Notes: generated by a model from the sequence alone, not told the origin. Shown: positions 29,157 to 40,806, counted from the first letter of the stretch. The stretch: DNA of 64,000 nucleotides from Patescibacteria group bacterium (GCA_035288465.1 DATEAH010000005.1:67636-131635), one strand, 5' to 3'. Numbers and translations: made by a program.

Positions 29157-30251
29157 TTAATTTTTAAAATTTTTGGAAGAGGGGGCGGTTTTTGTGGGTG
29201 TAGGAGCAGGGGTAGCTGGGGCGGGCGTGGCAGAAGCTGGCGTGGCAGTTGGACTGATACCTTTTAAGAAAAAAGAAATTATAATCATCACCACACATAT
29301 TCCAAAAATAATTGCCAACTCAATAATTTTTCGGTTATTAATTTCGTTAAAAATGTTGCGAATTAAGGGATCAATAATTTTGGCGATTAATTTGCTTTCT
29401 TTAGTATCAGAAACTGAAGTAAGACTAGGGATAAACCGATAAATTAAATTTGCAGTTGAACTTAAAATTAGCAATAACCCAGAAGGAATCATAATTGGTA
29501 TTGACAACCAGCGGAAAAAAGATCGCCAAGAAACTCGAGCCATCAACCCAATCACAAATAGAAATAAAATTAACAAAAAACTTAAACTATAGAAAACGAT
29601 TCGAAAAACTAAATACCATGAACCACCTTTTGCCCAAAATAATGCCGTACCACTCGTGGCAGTGGGCTGAAAGGAATAAGTAAATGAATCATTTAATTTG
29701 GAATTTTCGGTTTGAAATTGGCTTATAAATTCAGTTTTTAAATCAGCAAAAGACTTGCCAGAAATTCGGCATTCAAGTCCATTTTCGCTAAAGATATTAT
29801 AATTTGTAACTTGGGCTTGAGTACATACCGGTAAACTCGGATATTTAGCTTCTAAGCCCTGGAAGAAAAAATCTTCAAAACTTTTAGTCAATTCACTTGA
29901 GGCAAGATTAATTTCAAATTTGTCAGTTTTGCCATAAAGCCAAGCATAAGAACTATCAATATTTTTTTCTATTTCAGATTGGAGCAGTTCGGGCTTGATG
30001 TCTTTTTTAACAAAATCAATCAGGCGGTCGAATTGCGCCGCTTCTTTTGGATCTTTAGTTTCAACTTTGAGCAACTCTAAAAAGCTGGGGATGGTTTTGG
30101 TTAAATTAGTATAAAAATTAGCTTTTCTAAGTTCCTTTTTAACAAAATTGGCATTTAAAAAAGTGGCTTTAAAATTTACCATATAAATTACGACTGAAAA
30201 AATTAAAACCACTAAAAATGCTAAAAAAAACCCTAAACACGAGTGGCGCAT
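29157..30251 (-). CDS. hypothetical membrane protein with a P/A/T-rich tail
   Basis: AAGGAGG RBS; four TM segments. Confidence 0.8.
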   Translation of the reverse strand: MRHSCLGFFLAFLVVLIFSVVIYMVNFKATFLNANFVKKELRKANFYTNLTKTIPSFLELLKVETKDPKEAAQFDRLIDFVKKDIKPELLQSEIEKNIDSSYAWLYGKTDKFEINLASSELTKSFEDFFFQGLEAKYPSLPVCTQAQVTNYNIFSENGLECRISGKSFADLKTEFISQFQTENSKLNDSFTYSFQPTATSGTALFWAKGGSWYLVFRIVFYSLSFLLILFLFVIGLMARVSWRSFFRWLSIPIMIPSGLLLILSSTANLIYRFIPSLTSVSDTKESKLIAKIIDPLIRNIFNEINNRKIIELAIIFGICVVMIIISFFLKGISPTATPASATPAPATPAPTPTKTAPSSKNFKN

Positions 30252-30349
30252 TGTCCTCCTTTAATTTTTAAAATAGATTCGAGACAATTTTATTATAACT
30301 AATATGAAGGGCAAAAAAAAGAGCCCGAAAAGGTAAAAAATGAATTACC

Positions 30350-30778
30350 CTAACGGGCTGGAGATAGGTTTGGAATCTCATTAAAATTAAAATCTTCGGG
30401 AAGATCTTCAGCAAGAACAGGCTCACCATTTGCATCGAGAATGATTTGGCTGGCAAGATGATATTTTTCTTCGATTTTCCGGCGAATTGAAACGAGTTGT
30501 CCGGGAGTGAGTTTTTCGATAATTTCGAGGGGATATAGATGTTGAACTGGAACTAAACCAAAGTGATTCATAATCACTTTCCATGATTCATGGTCTAAAC
30601 CTTCACGAATAACATCCCATGGTCTTGAACCACCAACGTCATGGGATCCACTCCATTGTTTCCCCTGATGTCCAAAATCAACGGCAAATCTTTCCATTTT
30701 GGAGGTAAATTTATCTGGTTGTTCATATTCGATTGAAAAACAACCAATAGTAACCCGGCGCTCAACCGATGCTACCAA
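30350..30778 (-). CDS. hypothetical protein
   Basis: TTG after AAGGAG; own terminator. Confidence 0.6.
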   Translation of the reverse strand: MVASVERRVTIGCFSIEYEQPDKFTSKMERFAVDFGHQGKQWSGSHDVGGSRPWDVIREGLDHESWKVIMNHFGLVPVQHLYPLEIIEKLTPGQLVSIRRKIEEKYHLASQIILDANGEPVLAEDLPEDFNFNEIPNLSPAR

Positions 30779-30927
30779 GTTGCTGACTCCTTTCCGAAAA
30801 TACCGTTTGGTTGGGATTCGCGACTTATTAAATTTTACCTCGAAACTTAAAAAAAGTAAATAAAAAAAGCCCGTTAGGAGTCAAAAGCACAGGGTTTTCC
30901 CCTAACGGGTTTTTAAAATCGCGAAAA

Positions 30928-32025
30928 TTATGATGGCTGATAATTTGTGGTCCAAGAAATATTACCGTACCAACCACCATTTTCCGTGGCTTTCATTTGT
31001 TCATAGCTCGATTCATGCAAGCGATAAATATAAATTCCTGAAGGGGCGAGCATTGCCAAATCTCGAGGGTTGGTCTTTGGACACCAACACACATCAGTAA
31101 TTCTTTCATTAACCTTTATGATTTGGTTTTCAAGCCAGGTGTCACAATTCACCAGATATAATTTGCGAGGATTGGCAATAATTCGATTCCCAAAATACAT
31201 TACTACTTTTGCATCAGGCGAAAGATAAATTCGGTCAATATCACCATTATTAATCACTAAGTGTGGCTGAGCTGGTGCGGATTGAGCATTAACTACAAAA
31301 GCGCCAATATTATTAACCTTAAAGAGAAGCTGTTCGCCACTTGGAAGCCATTGCAGACATAATGGTTCAAATTCAATGAAACTGTCTCCCTGACAAATCA
31401 GGCGAGGATCAGCACCGTTAGCCCCAATGATCATAATCTGGTAATGGTTTTCCGAGGTCCAACGTACAAAAGCGATTTGGGTAGCATCCGGAGAAAAGAC
31501 TGGAAATTGATCAGTGCAGTTTTCATCAGATTGATAAAATCGTTCAGTTTCAGAACTGAGTCGATATCGATAAAGACCATCATTTTCTACTCCATAAATT
31601 AGCAAATCTTCCTTAGGTGACCAAGATCCCGGAGTCGCATTATAAAAAACGACTTGATCTTGACCATGATCGTCTACCACCGCCAAATAGTGAAAATCGT
31701 CGCCGACTCGACACATATAGGACAAAAGCTTGGATGATGGCGACCAGGACATAAAGGCTTCTGGAGCAACATTGCTCATCACTAATCCTAACCAAGGTTC
31801 ACCACTAGCTTTGTAAAGCATCATGGAGGTTGAGGCAAAATTTGAGGAAGATACATTATAAGCTATAAATCCAACAGGCAAAGGCTTGAGCTTTGGTCCC
31901 AAATAGTGAGGATCATTATTTGAATCATTAGTGACACTACCACAGCCTATTAACATAAAGCCCAGAAACAAGAAAATCACCAACCAAAGCACAAATCTGA
32001 AAATCTTTGCAGTTTGCAGTTTCAT
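30928..32025 (-). CDS. TolB-like beta-propeller lipoprotein
   Basis: LIGC lipobox; repeated WSP/FSPD/LSPD motifs. Confidence 0.8.
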   Translation of the reverse strand: MKLQTAKIFRFVLWLVIFLFLGFMLIGCGSVTNDSNNDPHYLGPKLKPLPVGFIAYNVSSSNFASTSMMLYKASGEPWLGLVMSNVAPEAFMSWSPSSKLLSYMCRVGDDFHYLAVVDDHGQDQVVFYNATPGSWSPKEDLLIYGVENDGLYRYRLSSETERFYQSDENCTDQFPVFSPDATQIAFVRWTSENHYQIMIIGANGADPRLICQGDSFIEFEPLCLQWLPSGEQLLFKVNNIGAFVVNAQSAPAQPHLVINNGDIDRIYLSPDAKVVMYFGNRIIANPRKLYLVNCDTWLENQIIKVNERITDVCWCPKTNPRDLAMLAPSGIYIYRLHESSYEQMKATENGGWYGNISWTTNYQPS

Positions 32026-32217
32026 CTCGAGCACCTCCTTGAGGTCTTTTTTCAATTTATTAAAGAACGGGAATTCATTATCTAATATTGGGTTAAATAT
32101 AGTCTTTAATAATCAATTTGTCAAGTTGTTTTGGAAAATAAAAGATCAATAATGGGTTGTTCATAATATTGGTTTGAGATTTTTAAATAATAGTTTATAC
32201 TGGGTTTAGGAGGAATT

Positions 32218-32622
32218 ATGGAAGAAGCTAAAAAAATCATTTTAATTGTTGAAGACGAGCCTTCTTTGTTAAACGTACTCGAGGAAAAATTTACTAAAGA
32301 AGGTTTTGAGGTGATGAGGGCCGCTGATGGCCAAGAAGGCTTGGACAAATTTGGACAAAAAACACCAGACTTGGTTTTACTAGACATTATTATGCCGATT
32401 ATGAATGGAATTGAGATGTTAACTAAGATGCGCGAAATGCCAAAAGGTAATCAAATTCCCGTGATCTTATTAACCAACCTGACGAGTCCGCCAGAGCCAT
32501 CTTTTCGAAAAATAATTGGCGAATCGTCAGAATATTTGGTCAAAAGTGACTGGAAACTTGACGACGTTGTTGAAAAAGTTAAAAATAAATTGGCCAAAGA
32601 TAATTTGCCAACTCAAAAATAA
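32218..32622 (+). CDS. single-domain response regulator
   Basis: LIVEDE, DLVLLDIIMP, ILLTNL, YLVK. Confidence 0.92.
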   Translation: MEEAKKIILIVEDEPSLLNVLEEKFTKEGFEVMRAADGQEGLDKFGQKTPDLVLLDIIMPIMNGIEMLTKMREMPKGNQIPVILLTNLTSPPEPSFRKIIGESSEYLVKSDWKLDDVVEKVKNKLAKDNLPTQK

Positions 32623-32638
32623 TTTCAAAATTCAATTT

Positions 32639-34204
32639 TTAGGTCAAATTTCTTGTACCCTCTTTTTCTTTCATCCCAGAAAGCGGCAAACTGACATAAA
32701 AAGTGGCGCCTTTATTTTGTTTTGATTTAAACCAAGTCTTGCCACCGACCTGATCTAAAATCGCTTTCATCAAATATAAACCTAAGCCGGCACCTTGGGT
32801 GCTTCGCTCTTTGATATTATCAGCTCTAAATAATTTATTATAAACATTGGCCTGCTGTTTTTTGGGAATCCCATAACCATTATCAGCCACTCTAATTAAA
32901 ACATTGGTTTTATCTTCTTTAATAGTAATACTGACTTTCCCTTTATTTGGAGTATATTTAATCGCGTTAGTAATTAAATTTTGCAGAATGACGCGGACAA
33001 TTTTTTCATCGGCATTAATTTTTGGCAAGCCTTTTTCATATATTTGCTTAATATTTAATTTCTTTTCAGCAATTTTTGGACCTAATTCATCAAGAACTGA
33101 TTTAGCAATTAAAGGAAAATCTACAGGCACGGGTTTGATGATCAAAGTGCCCATTTCAATTCGTGAAACATTTAACAAACCATTCACCAAAGCGATCATT
33201 CTTTCATTGCTGTTATAAATTTCCTGAAGATAATTTTGTTGGTTATCGGTTATTTTGCCCGCATCGCCGGCCATTAATAATTCAGCATACCACTTAACCG
33301 AAGAAAGTGGGGTGCGAAGCTGGTGGGACGCTAAAGAGACAAATTCAGTTTTTGCCCGATCGATTTCTCTTTCTTTGGTGACATCTCGCAAAACTACCAC
33401 ACAGCCGGTTACCAAACCTAATTTATTTTTAAGAGGAGCGGCTGATCCCGAAACTGGAATCCGATTTTTGTCTTGACGAATTAAAACTGTCTGATTAGGA
33501 GCGTCAATAATTTCACCACTGGTTAATGAATTTTTAATGAATTGGTCGCAAATTGCTTCATCAATTTCATTAATTAATTTAATAATTTCTTGATATTGCT
33601 TGCCAATCGCTTGATCGGCGGTGTATCCGGTCACTTTTTCGGCAACCCGGTTAAACATCGTAATTTTTAAATCCCGATCAAGCGTAAAAACCCCGTCACC
33701 AATGCTGTGCAAAATCGCATCGGTTTTTTCTTTTTCTTTGGTAATATAGCTTACCGTATCTTTAAGCTCAACAGTTCTTTCCTTAACTTTTCTTTGCAAA
33801 TTATTGGTATTTTCTCGCCGTTCGTTGTCTAATTCCTTTAAATCATCAATCATTAAATTTAGAGTGACAATAAATTCGGTAAATTCATCTTTGATATTAG
33901 GTACTTCAATTCGACTGCTAAAATCTCCTCGGATGGCTTTTTCCATTATAGGAATTATTTTTGCCAATCGATTCTGGGCATACTTTTTTTGATTCTCTTT
34001 CTCCAGATGTAATTTATCAATCATTGAATTTATTGCTAAAATAAACTCGGAATCTGGATTAGAATTATCAAGTTCGGACAATTTTTCCGAAAAATCACCT
34101 TGAGAAATTTTCTTAAGAATTGGTAAAATCGCTTGGATTTGGTTTTGGTGATTTTGGCCAAGATTGTTAGCGGTTTCTTTTTTATTTTTTGAGAACAAAA
34201 ACAT
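32639..34204 (-). CDS. PAS-domain sensor histidine kinase
   Basis: SIGDGV PAS, ASHQLRTPL, NAIKY, DNGYG, GLGL. Confidence 0.93.
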   Translation of the reverse strand: MFLFSKNKKETANNLGQNHQNQIQAILPILKKISQGDFSEKLSELDNSNPDSEFILAINSMIDKLHLEKENQKKYAQNRLAKIIPIMEKAIRGDFSSRIEVPNIKDEFTEFIVTLNLMIDDLKELDNERRENTNNLQRKVKERTVELKDTVSYITKEKEKTDAILHSIGDGVFTLDRDLKITMFNRVAEKVTGYTADQAIGKQYQEIIKLINEIDEAICDQFIKNSLTSGEIIDAPNQTVLIRQDKNRIPVSGSAAPLKNKLGLVTGCVVVLRDVTKEREIDRAKTEFVSLASHQLRTPLSSVKWYAELLMAGDAGKITDNQQNYLQEIYNSNERMIALVNGLLNVSRIEMGTLIIKPVPVDFPLIAKSVLDELGPKIAEKKLNIKQIYEKGLPKINADEKIVRVILQNLITNAIKYTPNKGKVSITIKEDKTNVLIRVADNGYGIPKKQQANVYNKLFRADNIKERSTQGAGLGLYLMKAILDQVGGKTWFKSKQNKGATFYVSLPLSGMKEKEGTRNLT

Positions 34205-34258
34205 ATCAGCCTGTGTTTAACCGGTTAAATTAAATTTGATGGTTTTTATTTTTAATAA

Positions 34259-34699
34259 TTAGCGCGTGACTGAAATCGTAACATTATTTTCCGCATCAGG
34301 TGCAGAAATTGTTACCCTCCCATTTGCAGTTTTAACAATTTCGTAGCCGGCGCCATTAGTCGAGACCCCTTGGGGATCGGTAGGAATTGAGGTTAAATAA
34401 ACTTCATTGGTGGTCAAAACTGACAAATCAATCAAGCCAGTGCAGGTTCCGCCTGATTTGCAAATTTCTGTGTTGACTGCGGTAATTGAAGCTGGTAAAT
34501 TGCCATTGTTATCCAGAGAATACTGATAAACGGCGTTGAGAACGGTGTTGACGTTCGTCCATCTTTGGGCATTTCTGGAGTCTGCTAATTGTTTGCCAGG
34601 ATTAATAGCAACAATGACAATTGCCGCTAAAATGGCAATAATAGCAATCACCAATAAAATCTCCAAAAGAGTGAAGCCTTTTTTTGAAAACTGATACAT
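34259..34699 (-). CDS. type IV major pilin
   Basis: [21 protein letters not shown] prepilin motif. Confidence 0.9.
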   Translation of the reverse strand: MYQFSKKGFTLLEILLVIAIIAILAAIVIVAINPGKQLADSRNAQRWTNVNTVLNAVYQYSLDNNGNLPASITAVNTEICKSGGTCTGLIDLSVLTTNEVYLTSIPTDPQGVSTNGAGYEIVKTANGRVTISAPDAENNVTISVTR

Positions 34700-34743
34700 T
34701 GATACCTCCTTGTTATATTTTAATTTTATTATAACATATTTGT

Positions 34744-35151
34744 TTAAAAATTTGCTACCTCCAGCCATGAGGTAAGATGAATTTGTGGAGAAATGGTATC
34801 AAGAGTAACTCGGACTTTTTTTATAACTGACTTAACCGTACCAGTCGCGGTCACGGTTCGATTTTGACCAGATTGTATGGTGACAGTATAATTACACGTT
34901 CCCGGGCCTAAAATTAAACTACCAGAGCCTTCATACGAAGTGGCGTCTCTAATTTTTTGTAAACCTTCCTCAGCACAGGCGTTGGCTAATGATTTGGCCT
35001 GACCAGATTGCTCTTTGGAAAAACTAGTCCTTGAGCTTCCTAAGCCGAGCAAAATTAAGGAAATTGCCACCGATAAACTCACGGCGCCGGCAATTAAAAC
35101 ACTAATTAGGGTGATATAGCCTGAAAATTTTACTTTACAATTAGATTTCAT
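34744..35151 (-). CDS. minor pilin (PilX-like)
   Basis: [10 protein letters not shown]; [14 protein letters not shown]. Confidence 0.7.
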   Translation of the reverse strand: MKSNCKVKFSGYITLISVLIAGAVSLSVAISLILLGLGSSRTSFSKEQSGQAKSLANACAEEGLQKIRDATSYEGSGSLILGPGTCNYTVTIQSGQNRTVTATGTVKSVIKKVRVTLDTISPQIHLTSWLEVANF

Positions 35152-35163
35152 TTAATCCCCATT

Positions 35164-35700
35164 TTATCTTAAACTGGCGCTGGTATAAAAAGTTTTATGA
35201 TAATCATATTCATTTCTCGAATTATTATTAACATAACTAATAGTCATTTGAATTCTAATAATGTCTTTAGTGCCGGTTCTGGTAAGATTTTGAAAGGTTA
35301 AATTTGAAATTGTAATTCGTGATGATATTAAGGAAACTGGCGCTAAGTTTCCCTCTTTAATCCTCAAAATTCCCGAAGATTGATCAAAAATTGTGGGACT
35401 TTTGCTAACATCTGGCACATTTAAAGATAAGGTGGGAGACGAAATCCCTTGGTTGGGAGAATTAATTCCGGCTGAGTTGCGAATAGTTTGGGAAATAATT
35501 TGCATTGCTTGCGAACCTTGCTCTTCGACCTCAGCCATGGTTTGATTTTTGATTCGAGATTCTAAGGTTAAAGAAATAAAGATTGAAATAGCCAAAAGTA
35601 ATAGAGAAGCTAAACTCGTATAAAGTAATAATTCAATCATGGTAAAACCAGCCTTAAAGCTTGTTTTTGGGGCAGATTTTAGAGATTGATTATTTTTCAT
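35164..35700 (-). CDS. minor pilin
   Basis: AG/FTMIELLL. Confidence 0.85.
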   Translation of the reverse strand: MKNNQSLKSAPKTSFKAGFTMIELLLYTSLASLLLLAISIFISLTLESRIKNQTMAEVEEQGSQAMQIISQTIRNSAGINSPNQGISSPTLSLNVPDVSKSPTIFDQSSGILRIKEGNLAPVSLISSRITISNLTFQNLTRTGTKDIIRIQMTISYVNNNSRNEYDYHKTFYTSASLR

Positions 35701-35726
35701 TAATTTAGACTCCTAAAACTTACTCG

Positions 35727-37520
35727 TTAAAAAATACTCCAAGCAAAATCATACCAAAAATCTAAAACTGCGGAACCATTGGTGCCGTGTTGGCTAAATG
35801 CATCGCCTGCAGGTGCGGCATAAAAAGCATTATTAGCGCCATCCCAAACCAATGAATATAAATCTAAATTAGAATCTGCTAACAAAACCATAATATCATC
35901 GGTATCAGTTTCTGAAATCATTCGCACACTTGAGACATCACCCAAAGAATATGGCGCCGTATTGATCGCGGTTGAGGTTAAATCCCAAGTATTTGTGGCG
36001 GGATTATAAGTTTTAAATTTAGGGGCATAATTTCCAGATAACTCAGAAAAAACTATTAATGCTAAGCTGGCGCTAACCGGTTCAAAACCAGGTTGATAAT
36101 TTCGGGAAATTCTAAGATCTGCTGAGGTGGTGATTCGACCATTAGTGGTAGCGGTTAATAAAGGGGTATAATTAGCCCGGTAACAATTAATTTGAACATT
36201 TCGTGTCGTAGAATCTTTGTCGCAGGCGAGAAAATAATCTGCTCCGGGTTGACCAATAATTGAAACTGGTCCGACGGCACCAGGTTGTGTTGGGCTAACT
36301 GCCGCAGTTGCCCAGCCTCCCCCACCACTTCCATTGGCGGTAAAAACATTAACACTTAATCGTTTATTAGAGGAGTTGCTGGTATAAACTAAACCACCTT
36401 TAGTGTTATTATTTGGGCTCCAATCAAAATCAACAACCCGGTTGGAATTCAAATTTGATCGACTAGGATGGGTAGTAAAAAGGGTCCAACTATCTTGAAC
36501 ATAGCTTGAACCATTAAAATATTGAGTGGTAATAATTTTCGCTTGGTCATAAATTGCCAACATCACTTCGTTTGAACTTGGTCGATTCTTCAAAACAATA
36601 TAATTAGGCCTCGCCGTCGCCGCACCAATTAATTGACAGGAAATACTTGAAGCTGACCAGGAAATCCCATTCCAAATCTTGAACTTGGGAATATTAGTAT
36701 TATCAGTATATACCACCATAAAATCACCGTTTGACAAATATGCACCATCAAAATTCTGGACGTCCAAAAAGGTGTTTGCAGACCAGCTTGATAAAAGATT
36801 TACATTTCCCCAACCAGTCCCATTAAAAACCTGAGCGTAAATAAATTGAGTGGTACTATTAAAGTGACGAGAAACTAAAATTTTCTCATTTCTGGTCGCC
36901 GAGGCAAAAATTCGAGCGGCTCGCAAAGCCTTATTAGCAGTTGCCAAATCAATATCAGCAGCCGCGGTCGCAGCCCCCCAAATACCAGAATTAGCATCAA
37001 AAGTTTTATACATAATTGTATCTGCAGTTGTACCACCATCTCCATAAACCAAAAAACCGCCTTTTTTGTTTTGTATCGTTTTTTGCCAATTAGTCAGATA
37101 GGTTACCAAAGAAATGGTACCTGGACGCTGCAAATTTTGCGGCCAGGTGACAGTTGAGGTGATCTGCTTTCGATTGACATCAACGGTTGAGATGGCGATT
37201 TGACGAGTAAAAATATCTGTCACATCTTGAGTTCCAGAAAAAGTCCAAACATTTGCCGAGATTGCCAAACCATGATTTCCATCAGTTAAATTTGTAAAAT
37301 TGGCATTTCTAATGTTTCTTGTCGCTTCCAAGCCTTCTTCGGCTAAATCTGCGGCACGTGCTTTTTGGCCCGCGATCATGGTAGTTTGTTTACCGTAAAT
37401 AATCGTCCCGACAAGAGTGGCGGTGATTAGTGAAAATAAGGCGGCTGACAATAAAGCTTCAATTAGCGAAAAACCAGTTGAAGATTGTTTGTTATAAATT
37501 AGGAAAAATAATTTAGTCAT
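35727..37520 (-). CDS. pilin-like protein with a large C-terminal beta-rich domain
   Basis: TG/FSLIEALL; ~450-aa T/S/N/G/W-rich extension. Confidence 0.8.
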   Translation of the reverse strand: MTKLFFLIYNKQSSTGFSLIEALLSAALFSLITATLVGTIIYGKQTTMIAGQKARAADLAEEGLEATRNIRNANFTNLTDGNHGLAISANVWTFSGTQDVTDIFTRQIAISTVDVNRKQITSTVTWPQNLQRPGTISLVTYLTNWQKTIQNKKGGFLVYGDGGTTADTIMYKTFDANSGIWGAATAAADIDLATANKALRAARIFASATRNEKILVSRHFNSTTQFIYAQVFNGTGWGNVNLLSSWSANTFLDVQNFDGAYLSNGDFMVVYTDNTNIPKFKIWNGISWSASSISCQLIGAATARPNYIVLKNRPSSNEVMLAIYDQAKIITTQYFNGSSYVQDSWTLFTTHPSRSNLNSNRVVDFDWSPNNNTKGGLVYTSNSSNKRLSVNVFTANGSGGGGWATAAVSPTQPGAVGPVSIIGQPGADYFLACDKDSTTRNVQINCYRANYTPLLTATTNGRITTSADLRISRNYQPGFEPVSASLALIVFSELSGNYAPKFKTYNPATNTWDLTSTAINTAPYSLGDVSSVRMISETDTDDIMVLLADSNLDLYSLVWDGANNAFYAAPAGDAFSQHGTNGSAVLDFWYDFAWSIF

Positions 37521-37522
37521 TT

Positions 37523-37981
37523 TTAATAACTTACCATGCCTTTTTCGTTTAATATAATCGTTCTCGTATTATTAGAGGTGGACAAAATAATATTACCAAT
37601 ATTGATTGGAAAGCCGGTTAATTTATCAAAAACTACTTCGGTGGCATTTCCTGAACAGCTGATGGTCGAGGGCAATTCAAAAACTTCATCAAAACTGCTC
37701 TCGCGTCCAAGGTAATTGTTACCTTTAAAAAGCACCAAACTTCCAATTTGCGCTTTAAATCCCCAGCTTGAATCACCTTCGCCAGATCTAGATAAAGCTT
37801 GGGCACGACGCAAGGTTTGGGCGGTGATTTCAGCGGCAATATCCAAATCATTTTTTACCTGAAAAGATTGAAAAATGGGAGCTGTTAAACCAACCATAAC
37901 GGCAAAAACCGAAATGGCTAATAAAACTTCCAAAAGAGTAAAACCCAAGCGATTTTTAGTTTTTCGATGATCTCTTTTCAT
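37523..37981 (-). CDS. minor pilin (FimT/GspH-like)
   Basis: LG/FTLLEVLL; LRRAQALS. Confidence 0.85.
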   Translation of the reverse strand: MKRDHRKTKNRLGFTLLEVLLAISVFAVMVGLTAPIFQSFQVKNDLDIAAEITAQTLRRAQALSRSGEGDSSWGFKAQIGSLVLFKGNNYLGRESSFDEVFELPSTISCSGNATEVVFDKLTGFPINIGNIILSTSNNTRTIILNEKGMVSY

Positions 37982-38013
37982 AAATCTATCAGCTTCTATT
38001 ATTAGTTCATTAT

Positions 38014-39120
38014 TTATTTGTTCATGCCGCCGATTAAACTATAAATTGGCATAATTACCGATAAAGCAATTAATAAAACTACCACCCAAACGATAATGAG
38101 CAGCACTGGCTCTAAAATAATGGCTAAATTTTTGGTGGTAAGATTAATTTTTTCTTCATAAATTTTACCAATTTTTAACAAAACATCTGATAAATTTCCG
38201 GACTGTTCTCCGGCGACAATCATTTGCTGTAAAGGGTTTGATATTAAATTATTAATCTTGGGAAGATTGGCAAAAGTTTTTTTAAAAGAATTGCCTTCAG
38301 CAATACTAACTTCAAAATACCCATAAAGTTTTTTAAAAGCCCGAAAAGTCGCCACCCCCTTCAAAGAACTCAAAGCATCACTTATCGGTAAACCTGCCTC
38401 TAATAAATTTCCCAAGATATAACCAAACCGAGAAATTTCAATTTCTAAAATTAATCTTTTGGTGCCAGGCAATCTAAATAATAACCCTTGACCTAAATGT
38501 TTGGTTTTGGAATTAAAAAATAAAAAATAGACTAAAAAAATTGTAAATAGTAAAAAAAATGGGACAACATAAATACCATATTGACCTAAAAATTCGCCTA
38601 GCGCAATTAAAGCCCTAGTGGTGATTGGCAAATCAATTCTTAATTGTTTAAAAACCGAGGCTAATTTTGGTAAAATAAACCAAGCGATCCCGGTTCCAAC
38701 TACTAACGCCATAAGTAATATCAAGATTGGGTACATGGTCGCGGAATAAATTTGTGATTTGAAAATTCGATCTTTGCGACGTTCCTCGACAATCATTTTT
38801 AAATTTTCAGCTAAACGACCAGATTGTTCACCAACCCGCACCAAAGAAATAATATAGTCTGGAAATATTTTTAATTTAGCTAAGGCCCGCCAAAGTGCGG
38901 AACCGGAATTTATTTCTTCTTCAAGGTCAGTCATAATTTTCAACATTTTAGCAGTTTTGGTTTCAGATTTGACCGCTTCAATCGCTTGAATCATGGTCAT
39001 GCCAGAAGTCAAAAGCATGGCTAAATTTTCAATAAAATAATCTTTTTCTTGACGAAAACCGATATTAAAAGGCGAACGAGAACGTTTTTGTGGAGGTTTT
39101 TTGGTAGCAGTTTGATTCAT
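38014..39120 (-). CDS. pilC: type IV pilus platform protein (PilC/GspF)
   Basis: Two GEQSG repeats, YP and EP motifs. Confidence 0.9.
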   Translation of the reverse strand: MNQTATKKPPQKRSRSPFNIGFRQEKDYFIENLAMLLTSGMTMIQAIEAVKSETKTAKMLKIMTDLEEEINSGSALWRALAKLKIFPDYIISLVRVGEQSGRLAENLKMIVEERRKDRIFKSQIYSATMYPILILLMALVVGTGIAWFILPKLASVFKQLRIDLPITTRALIALGEFLGQYGIYVVPFFLLFTIFLVYFLFFNSKTKHLGQGLLFRLPGTKRLILEIEISRFGYILGNLLEAGLPISDALSSLKGVATFRAFKKLYGYFEVSIAEGNSFKKTFANLPKINNLISNPLQQMIVAGEQSGNLSDVLLKIGKIYEEKINLTTKNLAIILEPVLLIIVWVVVLLIALSVIMPIYSLIGGMNK

Positions 39121-39126
39121 ATAATT

Positions 39127-40773
39127 TTATCCTTCGGGCGAAGCAACCCTGAGCAATTCTTCTAAAGTGGTGAGTCCAAATTTGACTTTTTGAATACCAT
39201 CTTCAAACATAGATTTGTGCCCCTGAGTTCGAGCTAAGGCTTGAATTTGATTTGAAGAAGGATTTTTCAAAATCAAGCTATTTAATTCGCCAGAGTTTGG
39301 GATTAATTCAAAAATTGCCGTTCGTCCCTTAAAGCCGGTTTGGTTACAACTTGCACAACCCTTGCCCTCATAAAGGGTTTGATTCTCTTGAAAATATTTT
39401 TCAGCATTTGGAAGAATTTTTTTAAGGCTGGCTAATTTGACATTTTTTGAGTGACGACAACTTGGACAAATCTGGCGTACCAATCTTTGGGCAACCACTA
39501 ATTCCAAAGTCGAGGCCAAGAGAAATGGCTCAATACCCATATCTAAAAGTCTCGGAATTGCGGTCGAAGCATCATTGGCGTGAAAACTTGAAAGTAATAA
39601 GTGTCCTGTTAAAGCGGCATTAACGGCAATTTCGGCAGTTTCACGATCTCTAATTTCGCCAACCAAAATAATATCTGGATCTTGCCTGATAATTGAACGC
39701 AAACCTTTCGCAAAAGTTAAATTAGTCCGAGGATTGATTTGAATTTGACTGGTACCGACAATTCGATATTCAACTGGTTCTTCGATAGTGGTAATATTCA
39801 CTTCAGTGGCATTTAATATTTTGAGCAAAGCATATAAACTGGTAGTCTTACCAGAACCGGTCGGACCAGTGGCTAAAATCATCCCAAAAGGTTTTTTGGC
39901 AATTTTTTTTACTAATTCCTGATCAGTCGGAGAAAGTCCTATATCTTCTAAGGTAAAACTCCTCACATATTGGGAAAGTAAACGAATCGCTACGGTTTCT
40001 CCATCCAGGGTTGGCACGACCGAAATTCTCATATCAATTATTTCTGATTTATGAATAAGACGCATGGTGCCGTCTTGCGCCGCGTAATGTTCGTCGATTT
40101 GCATATTAGAGGAAACTTTGATGCGGTTTAAAATATTTTCATAAATTAATTTAGGTAATCTGCCCGCTTCTCTTAAAACACCGTCAATGCGAAATCTAAT
40201 AACTGCTTCTTTGCTTTGCGGTTCAAAATGGATATCTGAGGCTCTAAAAATCAAAGCATCTTCAATAATCGCTTGAATGATTTCTGGAGCGATTCTTTTT
40301 TCTGAAGCGATAATTTCGCTAAAACGAGTTTTAAGAGGCGCCTTATAGTGGATAAAGGCAGTTTCAATTTCTTCACCAAAAGCATAAGCTAATATAATTT
40401 TTTTATCTTTGAAAATTGTCTTTGTTTTCTCATCTAAAATCTGACTTGGATAATCTGTGGCTAAAATAACTTGATCTTCAGTTTCTTTAAACAACAAAAG
40501 GTGTAATTTTTTGGCAATTTCTTTGGGTATTCGCAAAACTTGTTCGCGAGTCGGTTGATAATAATTTAAATCCGCAAAAGCGACCTTATATTGCTCAGCG
40601 ATCGCTTGACCCAGGATAGCTTTACTAATAATACCGGTATTTAATAAATATTCAATCACTGAAACACGATTGAGTTTATGATTTTTTTCAGCTTGCTTGA
40701 GATCTTCTTTGGTAATATATTTTTCGCTTAAAAGGATTTCTTTGATCTTTTCTTCAAGAATTCCTAATTTCAT
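39127..40773 (-). CDS. pilB: type IV pilus assembly ATPase (PilB/GspE)
   Basis: ASDIHFEP, GPTGSGKTT, RQDPDIILVGEIRD, tetracysteine motif. Confidence 0.93.
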   Translation of the reverse strand: MKLGILEEKIKEILLSEKYITKEDLKQAEKNHKLNRVSVIEYLLNTGIISKAILGQAIAEQYKVAFADLNYYQPTREQVLRIPKEIAKKLHLLLFKETEDQVILATDYPSQILDEKTKTIFKDKKIILAYAFGEEIETAFIHYKAPLKTRFSEIIASEKRIAPEIIQAIIEDALIFRASDIHFEPQSKEAVIRFRIDGVLREAGRLPKLIYENILNRIKVSSNMQIDEHYAAQDGTMRLIHKSEIIDMRISVVPTLDGETVAIRLLSQYVRSFTLEDIGLSPTDQELVKKIAKKPFGMILATGPTGSGKTTSLYALLKILNATEVNITTIEEPVEYRIVGTSQIQINPRTNLTFAKGLRSIIRQDPDIILVGEIRDRETAEIAVNAALTGHLLLSSFHANDASTAIPRLLDMGIEPFLLASTLELVVAQRLVRQICPSCRHSKNVKLASLKKILPNAEKYFQENQTLYEGKGCASCNQTGFKGRTAIFELIPNSGELNSLILKNPSSNQIQALARTQGHKSMFEDGIQKVKFGLTTLEELLRVASPEG

Positions 40774-40806
40774 TTCCCTCCTTTGAAATTAGAACTGGCG
40801 GTATTT